A DNA stretch of 64,000 nucleotides. It comes from Eledone cirrhosa (Eukaryota). Location: the NCBI GenBank assembly GCA_964016885.1, contig OZ024747.1:89156001-89220000 (forward strand), written 5' to 3'. A program made the translations under genes and the position numbers. The notes below the pieces were generated by a model. The model was not told where the DNA came from. It worked only from the letters and a program-made list of their open reading frames with translations, and searched no databases. Positions 48,685 to 62,490 of the stretch are shown piece by piece; position 1 is the stretch's first letter; each line of letters starts with the position of its first letter.

Positions 48685-49044
48685 GTATGTGTATGTATGA
48701 TAGCTGTCTAACCTACGCAAGCATGTAAAATATACGTTAAATGGGAATGATGATTAAACATACATATATATGCGTGTGTGTGTGTGTGTGTGTGTGAGTG
48801 TATGCATATATAATGATATGAGATGACATAGATTTCTTTAAACCATTTTATTTAATAGCTTTACAAATGTCACAATACATCTTATTCAATTAATGCCTAT
48901 GTTATTTCAATTTAGTTAAAGAGGAAAAATATTGAGTATAACAAAGCATTATTAAATTTTGTACATCTTCAGAAGCACTATAAATAATTATACAATGTCC
49001 TGTGATTCAACATATCCAAAAGAAAAGCTGTATATTTGGAGGAC

Positions 49045-49185
49045 TACAACTTGTTTGATTATCTTGCGAGTACACAGATGAAACTCCAGAGTAACAAGAC
49101 TCATCATTTAGCTACAATAAATAATATCTAAACCCTACTTCGATATTGAGTACTCTTTCTCACGTCTGTCAATACCACATGAATA
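49045..49185 (+). mobile_element. degenerate hammerhead + tail element
   Basis: cttgt-TTGATTA...GAAA-ctccagag-TA-acaag; TATTGAGTACTC at 49144-49155; (TA)n at 3' end. Confidence 0.7.
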
Positions 49186-49230
49186 TATATATGTGTGTGT
49201 GAGCATGTGTCTCTCTCTCACACTATATAT

Positions 49231-50155
49231 ATCATCATTATCACCATTTTACGTCCATTTTTCCATGTTAGCATGGGTTAGACAGGTTGTCCTGTTGTGG
49301 GCAGTGCCCGGTCGGCTGAACTTGTCTTGCTCAGTTCCCGTGAACTGATTCTGGCTTGATTTCTATAGCTGGATGCCCTTCTTAACACCAACCTCATTTA
49401 CAGTGAGTGCTGGCCGCTTTTTTTCCGTGGTACCTCCATGATCATTTTACAGTGTGGGCTGGGTGCTTTTTTTGCCGTCGCACCACCACAACCACTTTGC
49501 AGTGGGAGGAGGTAGGTGCATATTTTCTATATGCTTCAGCTTCAGCTTGTACCCGTGGGAATTCGGGTCTTCTGTATTACTGCGTGACGCCAGAGGTCAC
49601 GATCCTGTGTCATTGCCTTTGAGAGGTGGAATTGGGTGCGGTCGGCTTTTATTACCTCATTCCATGTCTTCTTGGGTCTTCCCACTCCACGGCTTCCATC
49701 GACTTCTAGTGCTCTGCACCTTTTCATGCAGCTGCTATCCTTCATATGCATCACATGTCCATACCAACGCAACCTCCTCTCCTGCACACATCATTTGATT
49801 CCTCTCATGCTCAGTCTCTCTCTTAATTCGTTTATGCTTTGCCATTCATATATATTACTATTACACATCCATCGGAGCATGCAAGCTTCATTTCTGTCTA
49901 ATCTACGCAAGTCTCCTACACACAATGCCCAGGTATCACTACCATGTAACATTGCTGTTCGTATGCACGCATCATACAGTCTACCTTTCATTTTGAGGGA
50001 AAAGCTTTTTGTAGCTAGCAGTGGCAGTAGCTCCCTGAACTTCTTCCATCCCGTTTTTACCCTGGCTACTGTATTTTCAGAACACCCACCTCCACTGCTA
50101 ATTCGGTCGCCTAGGTAGCAAAAGCTGTCTACTGTTTCTACAGAGCCCTCCCAGT
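49231..50155 (-). mobile_element. 5'-truncated RTE LINE with SINE-like 3' UTR
   Basis: [31 protein letters not shown]; same family as 34040-34850. Confidence 0.92.
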
Positions 50156-50272
50156 CTATATATGTATATATATAATCTTTCTAGTATATATATATATATA
50201 ATTGTTTCTACTTTTGGTACAAGGCCAGCAAATTACCCAGTACATTACTGGTTCTTTATTATTAGTTCCATT

Positions 50273-50304
<32 letters not shown>

Positions 50305-51009
50305 GAACTAATTCTGCAATTATCACATGATGAAATTGTCTAAGTCTTGCATTTTCTCATGGTACCAACATCATGGAGACTCTCATGTCTTTGACACAAC
50401 AGAAGAGTCCTCTCGACCCTTTGTTTGGTAAGTGTTCTAAGACTGGATGCCCTTCCTATCACAAATAACTTTGTGTAATGTGTGAGTTTTATCATGTCAA
50501 ATACATTAGAAAGATTGGTATGCCATTGATATGACTGAAGAGTCCTCTTGGCTCTTATTGGGGCATGTCCTCAATGGCTGGATACATTTCCTATTGTCAA
50601 CCACTTTATACAGTGTATTGGGTGTATGTTATTGTATCACCAACACTAGAGAGGTTGCTGTGCCCTTGACACAACTGAAAAGTCCTCTTGACCCATTTTC
50701 GGCATGATTTCTACAACCAGATGCCCTCCCTACATAGAGTTATGATAGAAAGGCGTTTAGATAAAATAAACAACTTTTTTACCATAAAAACAGATTTAGG
50801 TTTAGGTGGTTTGGTATCAAAAGGGTTAATTTACAATGGCGGCTGTTATTAACAGATAAGAAAGTTGTAGGTACTCTAAATGAGGTTGAAATATTCAGTT
50901 GTACACCTATAACACAGAAGCTTATCAGACATGCCATGTAACAGAATATAAAGTAATCAGCTTCTGTTTAAGTTTAGAGTGTTAAATTTCTGATTTTTAA
51001 ACCCTTTAA

Positions 51010-51514
51010 TATATATGTGAATATATGTGTGTGTATGTGTGTATGTGTGTCTGTGTGTTTGTGTGTTTGTGAGTATATATGTGGGTGTATATGTGTTTGC
51101 TTGTGTATGAATACGTATATTTGTGTATGTGTGTTTGTAAGTGTATAATGTGTGCTTGTTTAAGCACATGTGTACATATATATGCACATGTATATTTTAT
51201 GTATGTGTGTGTGTGTGTGTGTATGAATAAGTAATTTTGAGCATGTGTGTATGTGTGGTTGTGGATGTATGTGTGTGCTTGTGTGTGGACATATGGACAT
51301 ATATATGTACATGTATATTTTATGTGTGTTTGTGAGTAGATGTGTGTGCACATATATGAATATGTATATTTATGCATGTGTGTATGTGTGCATAAGTGTT
51401 TGTGATTGTATGCGTGTGCTTGTGTGTGGACATGTGTTCATATGTATGCACATGTATATTTTGTGTGTGTGTGCATGTGTGTTTGTGAGTGTGTATCTGT
51501 GCTTGTGTGTGCAC

Positions 51515-51553
<39 letters not shown>
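51010..51553. repeat. degenerate (TG)/(TA) microsatellite tract
   Basis: Directly visible. Confidence 0.9.
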
Positions 51554-51556
<3 letters not shown>

Positions 51557-51751
51557 GGGTCAGCTGAAAAGTTCATAGGCTGAACAAGATACTCTCATGG
51601 AATGACCAAATGAGGTTTATTTTTCAACACAGTCCCTGGAAAGAAACAATATAGTAATTAATAAAAAGAGTTGAAATTAACGAATGCATGATTTCATAGC
51701 TTTAGCATCACTCTTTTATAGTCAGCCTATGAAATTTTTAGCCGACCCTCA
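51554..51751. mobile_element. Tc1/mariner-type MITE
   Basis: TIR cacgggtcagctgaaaagttcataggctga / tcagcctatgaaatttttagccgaccctca in a TA context. Confidence 0.75.
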
Positions 51752-51756
51752 TATAT

Positions 51757-51916
51757 AGAGGTTCACTTTTATTAAGGCTAAAAAGTCTTGATATTTAGAG
51801 TTTCACCTGTTTATCCAGAGTATCAAGACTCACTTTTTAGTCCTAATAAAAATGAATATTAAAACTCTACTTCGGTGTTGAGTACTCCTTTCTCTCAGCT
51901 GTCAACCACATACAGA
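51757..51916 (+). mobile_element. collapsed fold-back + tail element (family of 29565)
   Basis: ttcactttt.attaaggctaaaaagtcttgata / tatcaagact..tttttagtcctaataaaaatgaa arms; TGTTGAGTACTC at 51876-51887. Confidence 0.75.
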
Positions 51917-51924
51917 TATATATA

Positions 51925-52120
51925 TAAGGCCAATAATTTTGGTGGGAAGGGAAAGTCGATTAAATTGATCCCAGTACGTCACTGGTGTTTATTTTATCAA
52001 CACCATAAGGATGAAAGGCAAAGATAACCTCGACAGGATTTGAACTCAGAATGTAAGGGCCATAACTATATGCCACAAAGCATATTGTCTGATGCTCTAA
52101 CAATACTACCAGTCCACCAC
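51925..52120 (-). mobile_element. SINE family A
   Basis: Reverse-complement core and B-box. Confidence 0.8.
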
Positions 52121-52872
52121 TCTCTTTAATAATAAAAAAAAAATGGGATAGTCAAGTCTGGAATATCTTTAAATATAAATCTGCACAGTAAGAGATGAGC
52201 TAGCTATGCAATTCTTTACATTTTCTCTCTATCTATTATATATACCCCATTAATGTATGAGGATATAATATAAACATTCTAATTTAGCTAATTATAACTG
52301 TTGTAGTCTGCTTGGGTTTCCTATTTTGCTATTTTGGGTTATGTAAACAAAATGTTCACATCCTATTTCAGTAACATGGAGTGACTTATGTCAGTTTTAA
52401 CGATGAGGATTCCAATTATTTGATCAATGGAACAGCCTGCTCATGAATTTAATATATAAGTGGCTAAGCATTCCATAGATATATGCACATTTCACATAAT
52501 TCTCAGGGAGATTCAGCATGACATAGTATGTGACATGACTGGCTTTTTGAATTTCAGCTACAGTTCATCTGATGGGCTTCCAACAATTTCCATCTACCCA
52601 GTTTTACTCACAAAGCATGGGTTGACGAGAGGCTGAGGTAAATAACATGCAGTAGTATTGAACCTGGGACCTAATGATTACAAAGCAAACTTCTTAACTA
52701 TTCAGCCATGTTGTGTCGATGTTCAGTAACATAATTATTTAATATAGGCATAAGGCCAAAGATTCAGGGTGAAGGATTAGTTGATTAAATCAGCCTAGTA
52801 CTTGATTGGTACATTATTTTGGTAGCATTGGTAGAACATCGGACTCCATGCTTCATGGCATAGAGTTACATA

Positions 52873-53065
52873 ATAATTATTTCTGCTTTTAGCACAAGGC
52901 CAGCAATTATCCCAGTGCATTACTGGTGCTTTATTTTATCGACCCCTTAAGGATGAAAGGCAAAATTAATCTCAGCGGGGTTTGAACTCAGACCGTCAAG
53001 GGGCGTAATTCTATGCTGCAAAGCATGGCATCTGACCCTCTACCGATACTGCCAATCCACTGGCC
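52873..53065 (-). mobile_element. SINE family A whose 5' head seeds the adjacent array
   Basis: Tail, core and B-box GAGTTCAAAC (52989-52980), continuing into the first array unit. Confidence 0.9.
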
Positions 53066-56000
53066 TGTTACATGGCATCTGACCCTCTACCGATACTGCC
53101 AATCTACTGGCCTGTTACATGGCATCTGACCCTCTACCGATACTGCCAATCTACTGGCCTATTACATGGCATCTGACCCTCTACCGATACTGCCAATCCA
53201 CTGGCCTATTACATGGCATCTGACCCTCTACCGATACTGCCAATCCACTGGCCTATTACATGGCATCTGACCCTCTACCGATACTGCCAATCCACTGGCC
53301 TATTACATGGCATCTGACCCTCTACCGATACTGCCAATCTACTGGCCTATTACATGGCATCTGACCCTCTACCGATACTGCCAATCCACTGGCCTGTTAC
53401 ATGGCATCTGACCCTCTACCGATACTGCCAATCCACTGGCCTATTACATGGCATCTGACCCTCTACCGATACTGCCAATCCACTGGCCTATTACATGGCA
53501 TCTGACCCTCTACCGATACTGCCAATCCACTGGCCTATTACATGGCATCTGACCCTCTACCGATACTGCCAATCTACTGGCCTATTACATGGCATCTGAC
53601 CCTCTACCGATACTGCCAATCCACTGGCCTGTTACATGGCATCTGACCCTCTACCGATACTGCCAATCCACTGGCCTATTACATGGCATCTGACCCTCTA
53701 CCGATACTGCCAATCCACTGGCCTATTACATGGCATCTGACCCTCTACCGATACTGCCAATCCACTGGCCTATTACATGGCATCTGACCCTCTACCGATA
53801 CTGCCAATCCACTGGCCTGTTACATGGCATCTGACCCTCTACCGATACTGCCAATCCACTGGCCTGTTACATGGCATCTGACCCTCTACCGATACTGCCA
53901 ATCTACTGGCCTATTACATGGCATCTGACCCTCTACCGATACTGCCAATCCACTGGCCTATTACATGGCATCTGACCCTCTACCGATACTGCCAATCCAC
54001 TGGCCTATTACATGGCATCTGACCCTCTACCGATACTGCCAATCCACTGGCCTATTACATGGCATCTGACCCTCTACCGATACTGCCAATCTACTGGCCT
54101 ATTACATGGCATCTGACCCTCTACCGATACTGCCAATCCACTGGCCTGTTACATGGCATCTGACCCTCTACCGATACTGCCAATCCACTGGCCTATTACA
54201 TGGCATCTGACCCTCTACCGATACTGCCAATCCACTGGCCTATTACATGGCATCTGACCCTCTACCGATACTGCCAATCCACTGGCCTATTACATGGCAT
54301 CTGACCCTCTACCGATACTGCCAATCCACTGGCCTGTTACATGGCATCTGACCCTCTACCGATACTGCCAATCTACTGGCCTGTTACATGGCATCTGACC
54401 CTCTACCGATACTGCCAATCCACTGGCCTGTTACATGGCATCTGACCCTCTACCGATACTGCCAATCCACTGGCCTGTTACATGGCATCTGACCCTCTAC
54501 CGATACTGCCAATCCACTGGCCTGTTACATGGCATCTGACCCTCTACCGATACTGCCAATCTACTGGCCTGTTACATGGCATCTGACCCTCTACCGATAC
54601 TGCCAATCCACTGGCCTATTACATGGCATCTGACCCTCTACCGATACTGCCAATCCACTGGCCTATTACATGGCATCTGACCCTCTACCGATACTGCCAA
54701 TCTACTGGCCTGTTACATGGCATCTGACCCTCTACCGATACTGCCAATCCACTGGCCTATTACATGGCATCTGACCCTCTACCGATACTGCCAATCTACT
54801 GGCCTGTTACATGGCATCTGACCCTCTACCGATACTGCCAATCCACTGGCCTATTACATGGCATCTGACCCTCTACCGATACTGCCAATCTACTGGCCTG
54901 TTACATGGCATCTGACCCTCTACCGATACTGCCAATCTACTGGCCTGTTACATGGCATCTGACCCTCTACCGATACTGCCAATCCACTGGCCTGTTACAT
55001 GGCATCTGACCCTCTACCGATACTGCCAATCCACTGGCCTATTACATGGCATCTGACCCTCTACCGATACTGCCAATCCACTGGCCTATTACATGGCATC
55101 TGACCCTCTACCGATACTGCCAATCTACTGGCCTATTACATGGCATCTGACCCTCTACCGATACTGCCAATCTACTGGCCTGTTACATGGCATCTGACCC
55201 TCTACCGATACTGCCAATCCACTGGCCTATTACATGGCATCTGACCCTCTACCGATACTGCCAATCTACTGGCCTGTTACATGGCATCTGACCCTCTACC
55301 GATACTGCCAATCTACTGGCCTGTTACATGGCATCTGACCCTCTACCGATACTGCCAATCCACTGGCCTGTTACATGGCATCTGACCCTCTACCGATACT
55401 GCCAATCCACTGGCCTATTACATGGCATCTGACCCTCTACCGATACTGCCAATCTACTGGCCTGTTACATGGCATCTGACCCTCTACCGATACTGCCAAT
55501 CTACTGGCCTGTTACATGGCATCTGACCCTCTACCGATACTGCCAATCTACTGGCCTGTTACATGGCATCTGACCCTCTACCGATACTGCCAATCTACTG
55601 GCCTGTTACATGGCATCTGACCCTCTACCGATACTGCCAATCTACTGGCCTTTTACATGGCATCTGACCCTCTACCGATACTGCCAATCCACTGGCCTGT
55701 TACATGGCATCTGACCCTCTACCGATACTGCCAATCTACTGGCCTGTTACATGGCATCTGACCCTCTACCGATACTGCCAATCCACTGGCCTGTTACATG
55801 GCATCTGACCCTCTACCGATACTGCCAATCTACTGGCCTATTACATGGCATCTGACCCTCTACCGATACTGCCAATCCACTGGCCTGTTACATGGCATCT
55901 GACCCTCTACCGATACTGCCAATCCACTGGCCTGTTACATGGCATCTGACCCTCTACCGATACTGCCAATCTACTGGCCTGTTACATGGCATCTGACCCT

Positions 56001-56361
56001 CTACCGATACTGCCAATCCACTGGCCTGTTACATGGCATCTGACCCTCTACCGATACTGCCAATCCACTGGCCTGTTACATGGCATCTGACCCTCTACCG
56101 ATACTGCCAATCCACTGGCCTGTTACATGGCATCTGACCCTCTACCGATACTGCCAATCTACTGGCCTATTACATGGCATCTGACCCTCTACCGATACTG
56201 CCAATCCACTGGCCTGTTACATGGCATCTGACCCTCTACCGATACTGCCAATCCACTGGCCTGTTACATGGCATCTGACCCTCTACCGATACTGCCAATC
56301 TACTGGCCTGTTACATGGCATCTGACCCTCTACCGATACTGCCAATCCACTGGCCTGTTAC

Positions 56362-56363
<2 letters not shown>
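53024..56363. repeat. 47-bp tandem array, 71 copies, derived from a SINE 5' head
   Basis: Unit catggcatctgaccctctaccgatactgccaatc(c/t)actggcct(g/a)tta; (56361-53024)/47 = 71; followed by (AAT)n. Confidence 0.97.
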
Positions 56364-56407
<44 letters not shown>

Positions 56408-56544
56408 AAATTATTGTGTACAGTGCTCAGGTGTACTACAACTCATCAAAGGTGCATTTATAGTATATAAAATAATGTACAAATGTCAGCAAAGTGAACA
56501 GTGTATGAGTCATGATATACACACAGATACATTGCATTTGTATG

Positions 56545-56710
56545 GACGGTCCTTTACATTCTGAGTTCAAATGCCGCCAAGGTTAGCTTTGCCTTTCATC
56601 CTTATGGGGTCAATAAAATAAAGTACCAGTAATGCACTGGGGTTGATTTAATAGAATTTTCCCCTCCTCCAAAAAATTGTTGGCCTTGTGCCTATATCAG
56701 AAGCCATTAT
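56545..56710 (+). mobile_element. SINE family A, 5'-truncated
   Basis: GAGTTCAAATGCC B-box and core. Confidence 0.8.
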
Positions 56711-56984
56711 TTTGTTGACCCTGGTAGTATAAATAGAAGAGATGATCTCAGTGGTGTTTCAACACAGAAAGGAAAGAGACAGAATAAATACTGCAAGGCT
56801 TTTTACCCAAGGCTCTAATGATTCTGTAATTCTAATCAGTCACACAGGAAGCCATGTTTGAATTCCTCCACCTACTGCAGAGAAATTAAACATTCGGGTG
56901 ATAGATTGACAAATGGGTGGTGGATATTTTACTAATATAATTCCATAATTTTTATGTTCTTTACCTGTTCGACACTCCCCACCT

Positions 56985-57103
56985 AAAAAAAAAACAACGA
57001 AAAAAGTAAAGAAAAAGAAAAAGAAAAAGAAAAAGAAAAAGAAAAAGAAAAAGAAAAAGAAAAAGAAAAAGAAAAAGAAATAGAGAAAAAAAAGAAAAAG
57101 AAA

Positions 57104-57134
<31 letters not shown>

Positions 57135-57193
57135 GAAAAAAGAAAGAAAAAAAAGAAAAGAAAAAGAAAAAGAAAAAGAAAAAGAAAAAGAAA

Positions 57194-57225
<32 letters not shown>

Positions 57226-57236
57226 AGAAAATAAAT
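56985..57236. repeat. (GAAAAA)n purine tract
   Basis: Directly visible; source of the poly-F ORFs. Confidence 0.97.
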
Positions 57237-58954
57237 AACAACTAATTAGTAAACAACTTTTCAATTCATGCAACTAATTCTAACATCAATAGCTAATTTG
57301 TCTGCTTCAGTATCTTTCTTGCTTTATGGAATGTTAAGTTAATTCTAAAACAATTTTTAACCACATTAATTATATTAAAATATTTTTAAACACATTAATT
57401 ACATATTGTGCATCAAAACAATTTCTTTAACTTTTTTTGAAAAATGGTTGTCTTGGAATGACTTTGGCAAATAATTATTTTGTCTTCACTGAAACTTCTC
57501 TGCCAGTACAAACTATTTTTTAAATGTATTAATTCATATCATCAAAAATAATATTTACAAAGATATAAAGCTGTGTGAACCCTTTCCAGTCTTTTCTTCT
57601 GTAGTTTTGTTACAGCCAAATGGATACAAGATAAGTTTGGTTGCTCTTTAAACCCTTTAGGATTTACATTACTCTAGACATACTATTGTATTTTCACAGT
57701 AAACACTTTATCTCACATAATATCGAATCTATGCGATTTTGATATTACTTATTTTGAGAACAACACTAGCAAACTCTAACAGGAAAATTTTGAAAATTCA
57801 ACCCCTACAAAACAAATCCTTTTTCTTTGTATGTTTTATGAAAGCCACTGTAAAGTGGTTTTTGATAGGAAAGCATTCATCTGTAGAAAAATTGCTAAAG
57901 AAAGGGGTAAGAGGACTCTTCAGTTGTGTCAAAGATATGACAACCACCTTAGTGCTGGTGCCATGATAAAATACGCCTTGTGCACTCTATAAAATATGGG
58001 AACGTATGTAAACAAGATACAGCCCTCTAGCCCATCTGAGAAGCCAGTAGCTCTGAATAAATACTGACATGGTCCGTGACACCCTATTTAATCCTTGCTA
58101 GCAGGGAAAACAGATGTTAAATAATGATGATAAAAACTGACTTTTTTTTTTCAAACTTTTTATAATTTTGGCTGGGTTTTACCAGCTGGATGCCCTTCTT
58201 ATGACCAATCACCTTATAGTGTGCACTGGGTGCATTGTTCATGCCACCAGCACAAGAGAAGTTGTCTTACTGGACTTAAGAGTCCTCTCCACCTTGACAT
58301 TCTATACAAACAATAATAGGGTCTAAATACTATAAAACAATATTTTTCTCCAAATATTTGTTAATGTTATATCTTTGGATAAACCATATTATTCCTCTGA
58401 TGATAAAAGTCATCAAATTAAAGATAGCTTGGCTGGAACAAAACTATTGGCGTAAAACGCATTGAAGTAAGAGCTGGTAATAATTATGTGAAACTAAAGA
58501 AAACATACATTATTTACTCCAATTTATTAATGGATGTCATGGACCAAACACTTTACAGAATTAAATATTTAAAATGAATGACTGAATAAATAAATAAATT
58601 GATAAATAAATAGAAACGTTAAATAGTATGAAGTGAAATAAAGAGATGTTATGAAATTTCATTAATTTCTCTGACATCACTCATTCTGCTTCAGTTCCTT
58701 CCATACATGAATATATTTATAACGAACATATATCAAAAACACCTAGACTCACTGATATGTTTTTCCTTTATTCTTATATCCAAAGAGGAAATACATTATT
58801 CATAGTTGAGTGGCTTTCTGAGAAGAAAAGGTACAAGGGATGGGAAAGTTGAGTATATGGAATTTAGTATGGAGTTAAAAAGTCAAAAAGGTTATATTTG
58901 TGAAAATATGTCTATGTGTATGTGTGTATGTCTATGGATGTATGTGCACATGTT

Positions 58955-58988
<34 letters not shown>

Positions 58989-59465
58989 GAGAGAGAGAGA
59001 AAAAGAGAGAGAGAGAGGGAAGAGAGAATTGAAAGAGAGGGAGAGAAAGGGAGAAAGAGAGAGGGAAGAGAGAATTGAAAGAGAGAGAGGGAGAAAGAGA
59101 GATAGAGAGATAGAGAGAGAGAGATAGAGAGGGAGAGAGAGAGAGAAAGTCACTTGCTACATTTAGTTGATCATCAGAATCTCTCTCTCTCTCTCTGCAT
59201 ACACACACACATAAGCAACCCCTTTCCCCCAAAACATACAGTCGATTCTCTCCCTCTTCCCCTCTCTCTCTACATATATTTCATGAGAATGCTAGTCCAT
59301 CATTACAAATAATAGATGAGAAAACCAGGTAAAGTACCCCTAGTGACATAATGAAGTGGTCTGAAATGCTTGCAACATATTGAATCCTGCACCTCACAGA
59401 CGCCAGGCTTCCTCATATGCTTCCTTCATTTTAAAAAGACTTTAAGCCTGTAGCTATAGGTTTAA

Positions 59466-59686
59466 CCCTTTACCATTTACATTACTCTATATTTACTATT
59501 ATATTTTCATTGTAAAGTCTTTACAGCACAAAATTATCTCACATAATATCGAATCTATGAGATTTTGATATTATTTATTTTGAGAACAATACCTTAACAT
59601 CAGTATGAGTAGCTGGTTACAGCAGGTTTGAACAGAAAGTGCTGAGAGATTTCTGGCTGGGTACAGCCAGTTTAAATGCTAAGGGG
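59466..59686. mobile_element. TTAA-type MITE
   Basis: TTAA|CCCTTTACCATTT...AAATGCTAAGGGG|TTAA. Confidence 0.85.
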
Positions 59687-59929
59687 TTAAACAAAACAGT
59701 TCAAAACAAAACTGTGAAATGTGTATGTCCTGAAGCAGGTAACTATAATAATAGTCAATCAATAAAAATAATAGTTGAAAAAATTGATTGAAGTACATAC
59801 AACTAGAGATTGAAAAAAAGTAGTAAGTGGTGCCTGCAGAGAATTGTACACCATCTGTGAGGAATTAGTTGCCAGTAGTCTTTTAGTGTAATAAACACAT
59901 TTGCCAAGAATCCTAGCTGTTAAGAAGAA

Positions 59930-60260
59930 AAGTCCTGTAACTCCTGTCGGAGTTGTAGGGATACTGTAGTGGCATACAGTGTTTCTTAGGCATTTTAAGC
60001 CTGGCAGAGTCCATTCCCTTTCCAGGTCTAAACACAGCAGATTTCTTCCAGAGAAGGATTGTGAGCGAGAGAATGAATGTAAGAAGGAAGTATAGAAGAA
60101 GAATTGATTCCAGTACTGGGCTGGTACTGTTTTTTATTGACCTAAAATGGACAAAAGGTAAAGTTAATCTTGGTGAGATTTGAACTCAGAGAAAAGCGAG
60201 CTGGAATGAATACTGCAAAGCATTCTATTCCATGTTCTAATGACTGCACCATTTCACCAA
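59930..60260 (-). mobile_element. SINE variant with extended 3' segment
   Basis: Homologous to 15175-15497. Confidence 0.7.
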
Positions 60261-61699
60261 CTCTAGCTGTTAAGAATACAGCAGAAATATAAATTGGTAT
60301 ACTTGATTTACTTGAGTCCTCTGTAATAGTGTATTTATAAGACAGGTAAATTAAAAGTAATATTAAGCAAAAGGTGTTCATTTGCAGAGTATTGGGTACT
60401 CTATAAAGTAGGACCCTCCAATAAAGAAATTTAAACCCTTAACTCTTTTAATACCAAACTGCCTGAAATTGTCCCAGGTTGCATGGTACAAAAATGTTTA
60501 AATGATGATCATCATCATTGTCATCATTTAACAACTATTTTCCATGCTTTCATGGGTTAGATGGGTTCTTCAGGTTCTTAGACTAGACTGATCAGGTGAC
60601 CACACCTTGCTTGTATGCTTTGTTTTTGGATCGCTTTCTATGGCTGGACGCCATTACTAATGCTAACCACTTTGCAGTATGTACTGGAACAGTTTATCAT
60701 GACTCCTGTGCTGTCATTTTACAGAGTGGACTGGCACCTGTGCTACCACCTTATAGGGTGAAGTGGATGCTTTACATTGCAGCACGAGCACTACTATCTT
60801 ACGGGATAGACTTGGTGTTTTTTATCGTGGTATCAGAACTGCCACATAACAACACTAAGAGGCTCAGTGTGTCCACATAAAAGTAAAAAACAACAAAAAT
60901 ATCTTATACTTATCTAAAAACTTTCCATCACGATTTTATGTAAGAATCTATAATTTATGTTCTAAAAACCAGCTCAATAATGAGAAAATTAGTTATATTA
61001 CTAAGTCTCTCCAAATTCTGGATTATTTTCAAAATGAATTGAGAACCAAAGGCCAAGTGTTACAATAGAAATATAATAATAAAAGTCTTAAAACATGTTT
61101 CTCACACTCTTTGTCAAAATAATACAGTCATACATTTTCTATTTAGAATCTCAAATCATTCTTACCTGAGGAGGTTTGACTCACCTTAACCTATGGATTG
61201 TTTATATTAGTAAATGATGACAACTGCATGAAAGAGAAATATTGTCATGGTTTAGTGGTAAATGGTGACACAAGTGTAGAGAAAAGGAAGACTAGCATGG
61301 GTTAATTGAGTTAAGCCTTACCTCAAGGGAATCAGAGCAAATAGAAGAAATATGTCTCAGACAGGAAGAATGATGTTAAAGGGAGCTAATTCTCTTGAAC
61401 TCTTCCAGTGTGGAAAATATATGTAAAAGCATGAGTAATGTTTATGATGACAATGCTGCTGTTGCTGAAGATAAAGAAGAGGAAGAGGATATTGATGATA
61501 GGAAGTTATTGATGTAACAAATTAAATAAAGATGTCGATACTATTTGTGTATTTTGAAAAGCCATTGACATTATATCAAAATATATAAATGAGTAGCATC
61601 TAATAAAAACAAAACACACTACTAAAGGGAACAAAAAAGAAAGAAGAAAAAAGAAAATGAAAAGGAGAAAAAGAAAGAACGATCAAACATGAAACAAAG

Positions 61700-62170
61700 G
61701 GAGAAGGGGAGGGACAGTCACTAGACCCCAGTCAGAGCAGTGCCTCAGCCATACCCTGCAGATAAAATGGCAAGTGTTACCACAGAGAATAGCCAGAGAC
61801 ACCTGCTGCAACAGCCACTCCACTTCATGGGGCTCCCTGCTCAAGCAGACTGCCATCTTTCTGACTTTATAGAGGAATACAACAGTGCAGGGACCAAGGA
61901 CATCAGAGGTCTCAATGGAGTCTGGTGCAAAGAGGAAGTGATCAGTCAACCGGTATTTGTTGACTAACTTCCTCTCCTCCGCTTCGCAGGCAGTGGAGCC
62001 TGGGTTTGTGGCCAAAGTGACGAGGCTGGAGGTGGAGAATGAGTTGTTGCATGACACATCCCAAATTAGGGATTTTCCCACTTCGAAAGGGAAGAGGGTT
62101 AATTAGTTGGGGTGCTTGCCATTACTGCCATCGAGGCTAGCTGGCTCCAATTGTGAAGGGAAACTGGCTG
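61700..62170 (-). mobile_element. CRE-like non-LTR retrotransposon REL endonuclease fragment
   Basis: TLFPFEVGKSLIWDVSC..ATNPGSTACEAEERK..KY..FAPDSIETSDVLGP..EPHEVEWLLQQVSLAILCGN; typical C-terminal PD..D-type endonuclease of the CRE clade. Confidence 0.8.
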
Positions 62171-62284
62171 TTTTGAGGCTACTTCTGATGATGTCAGTTA
62201 TAAAAAAACAATTGCCAGCTGTGTTTGTGGCATGGATTTCAAATAACGGTAATAACGGTAATAGTAGCAATGTTATACTGGCAG

Positions 62285-62490
62285 TAATGATGATGATGAT
62301 TATGGAAATAGTGGTGACAATAATGATGATGATGTTGTTGACTGTGTCAACGGTGATGACAATAATGATGATGATGATGATGATGACTGTGCCAATGGTG
62401 GTGACAATAGTGATGATGTTGATGATGATGATGATGAGTGTGCCAATGATGATGATGATGATGATGATGACATTGATGTTGATTGTAATG
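62285..62490. repeat. degenerate (GAT)n tract
   Basis: Directly visible; poly-M/poly-H ORFs. Confidence 0.9.

Noticed and set aside
53024-56363. CRISPR-like array
   Set aside because: Units are contiguous with no unique spacers, there are no cas genes, the context is eukaryotic, and the unit derives from a SINE head.
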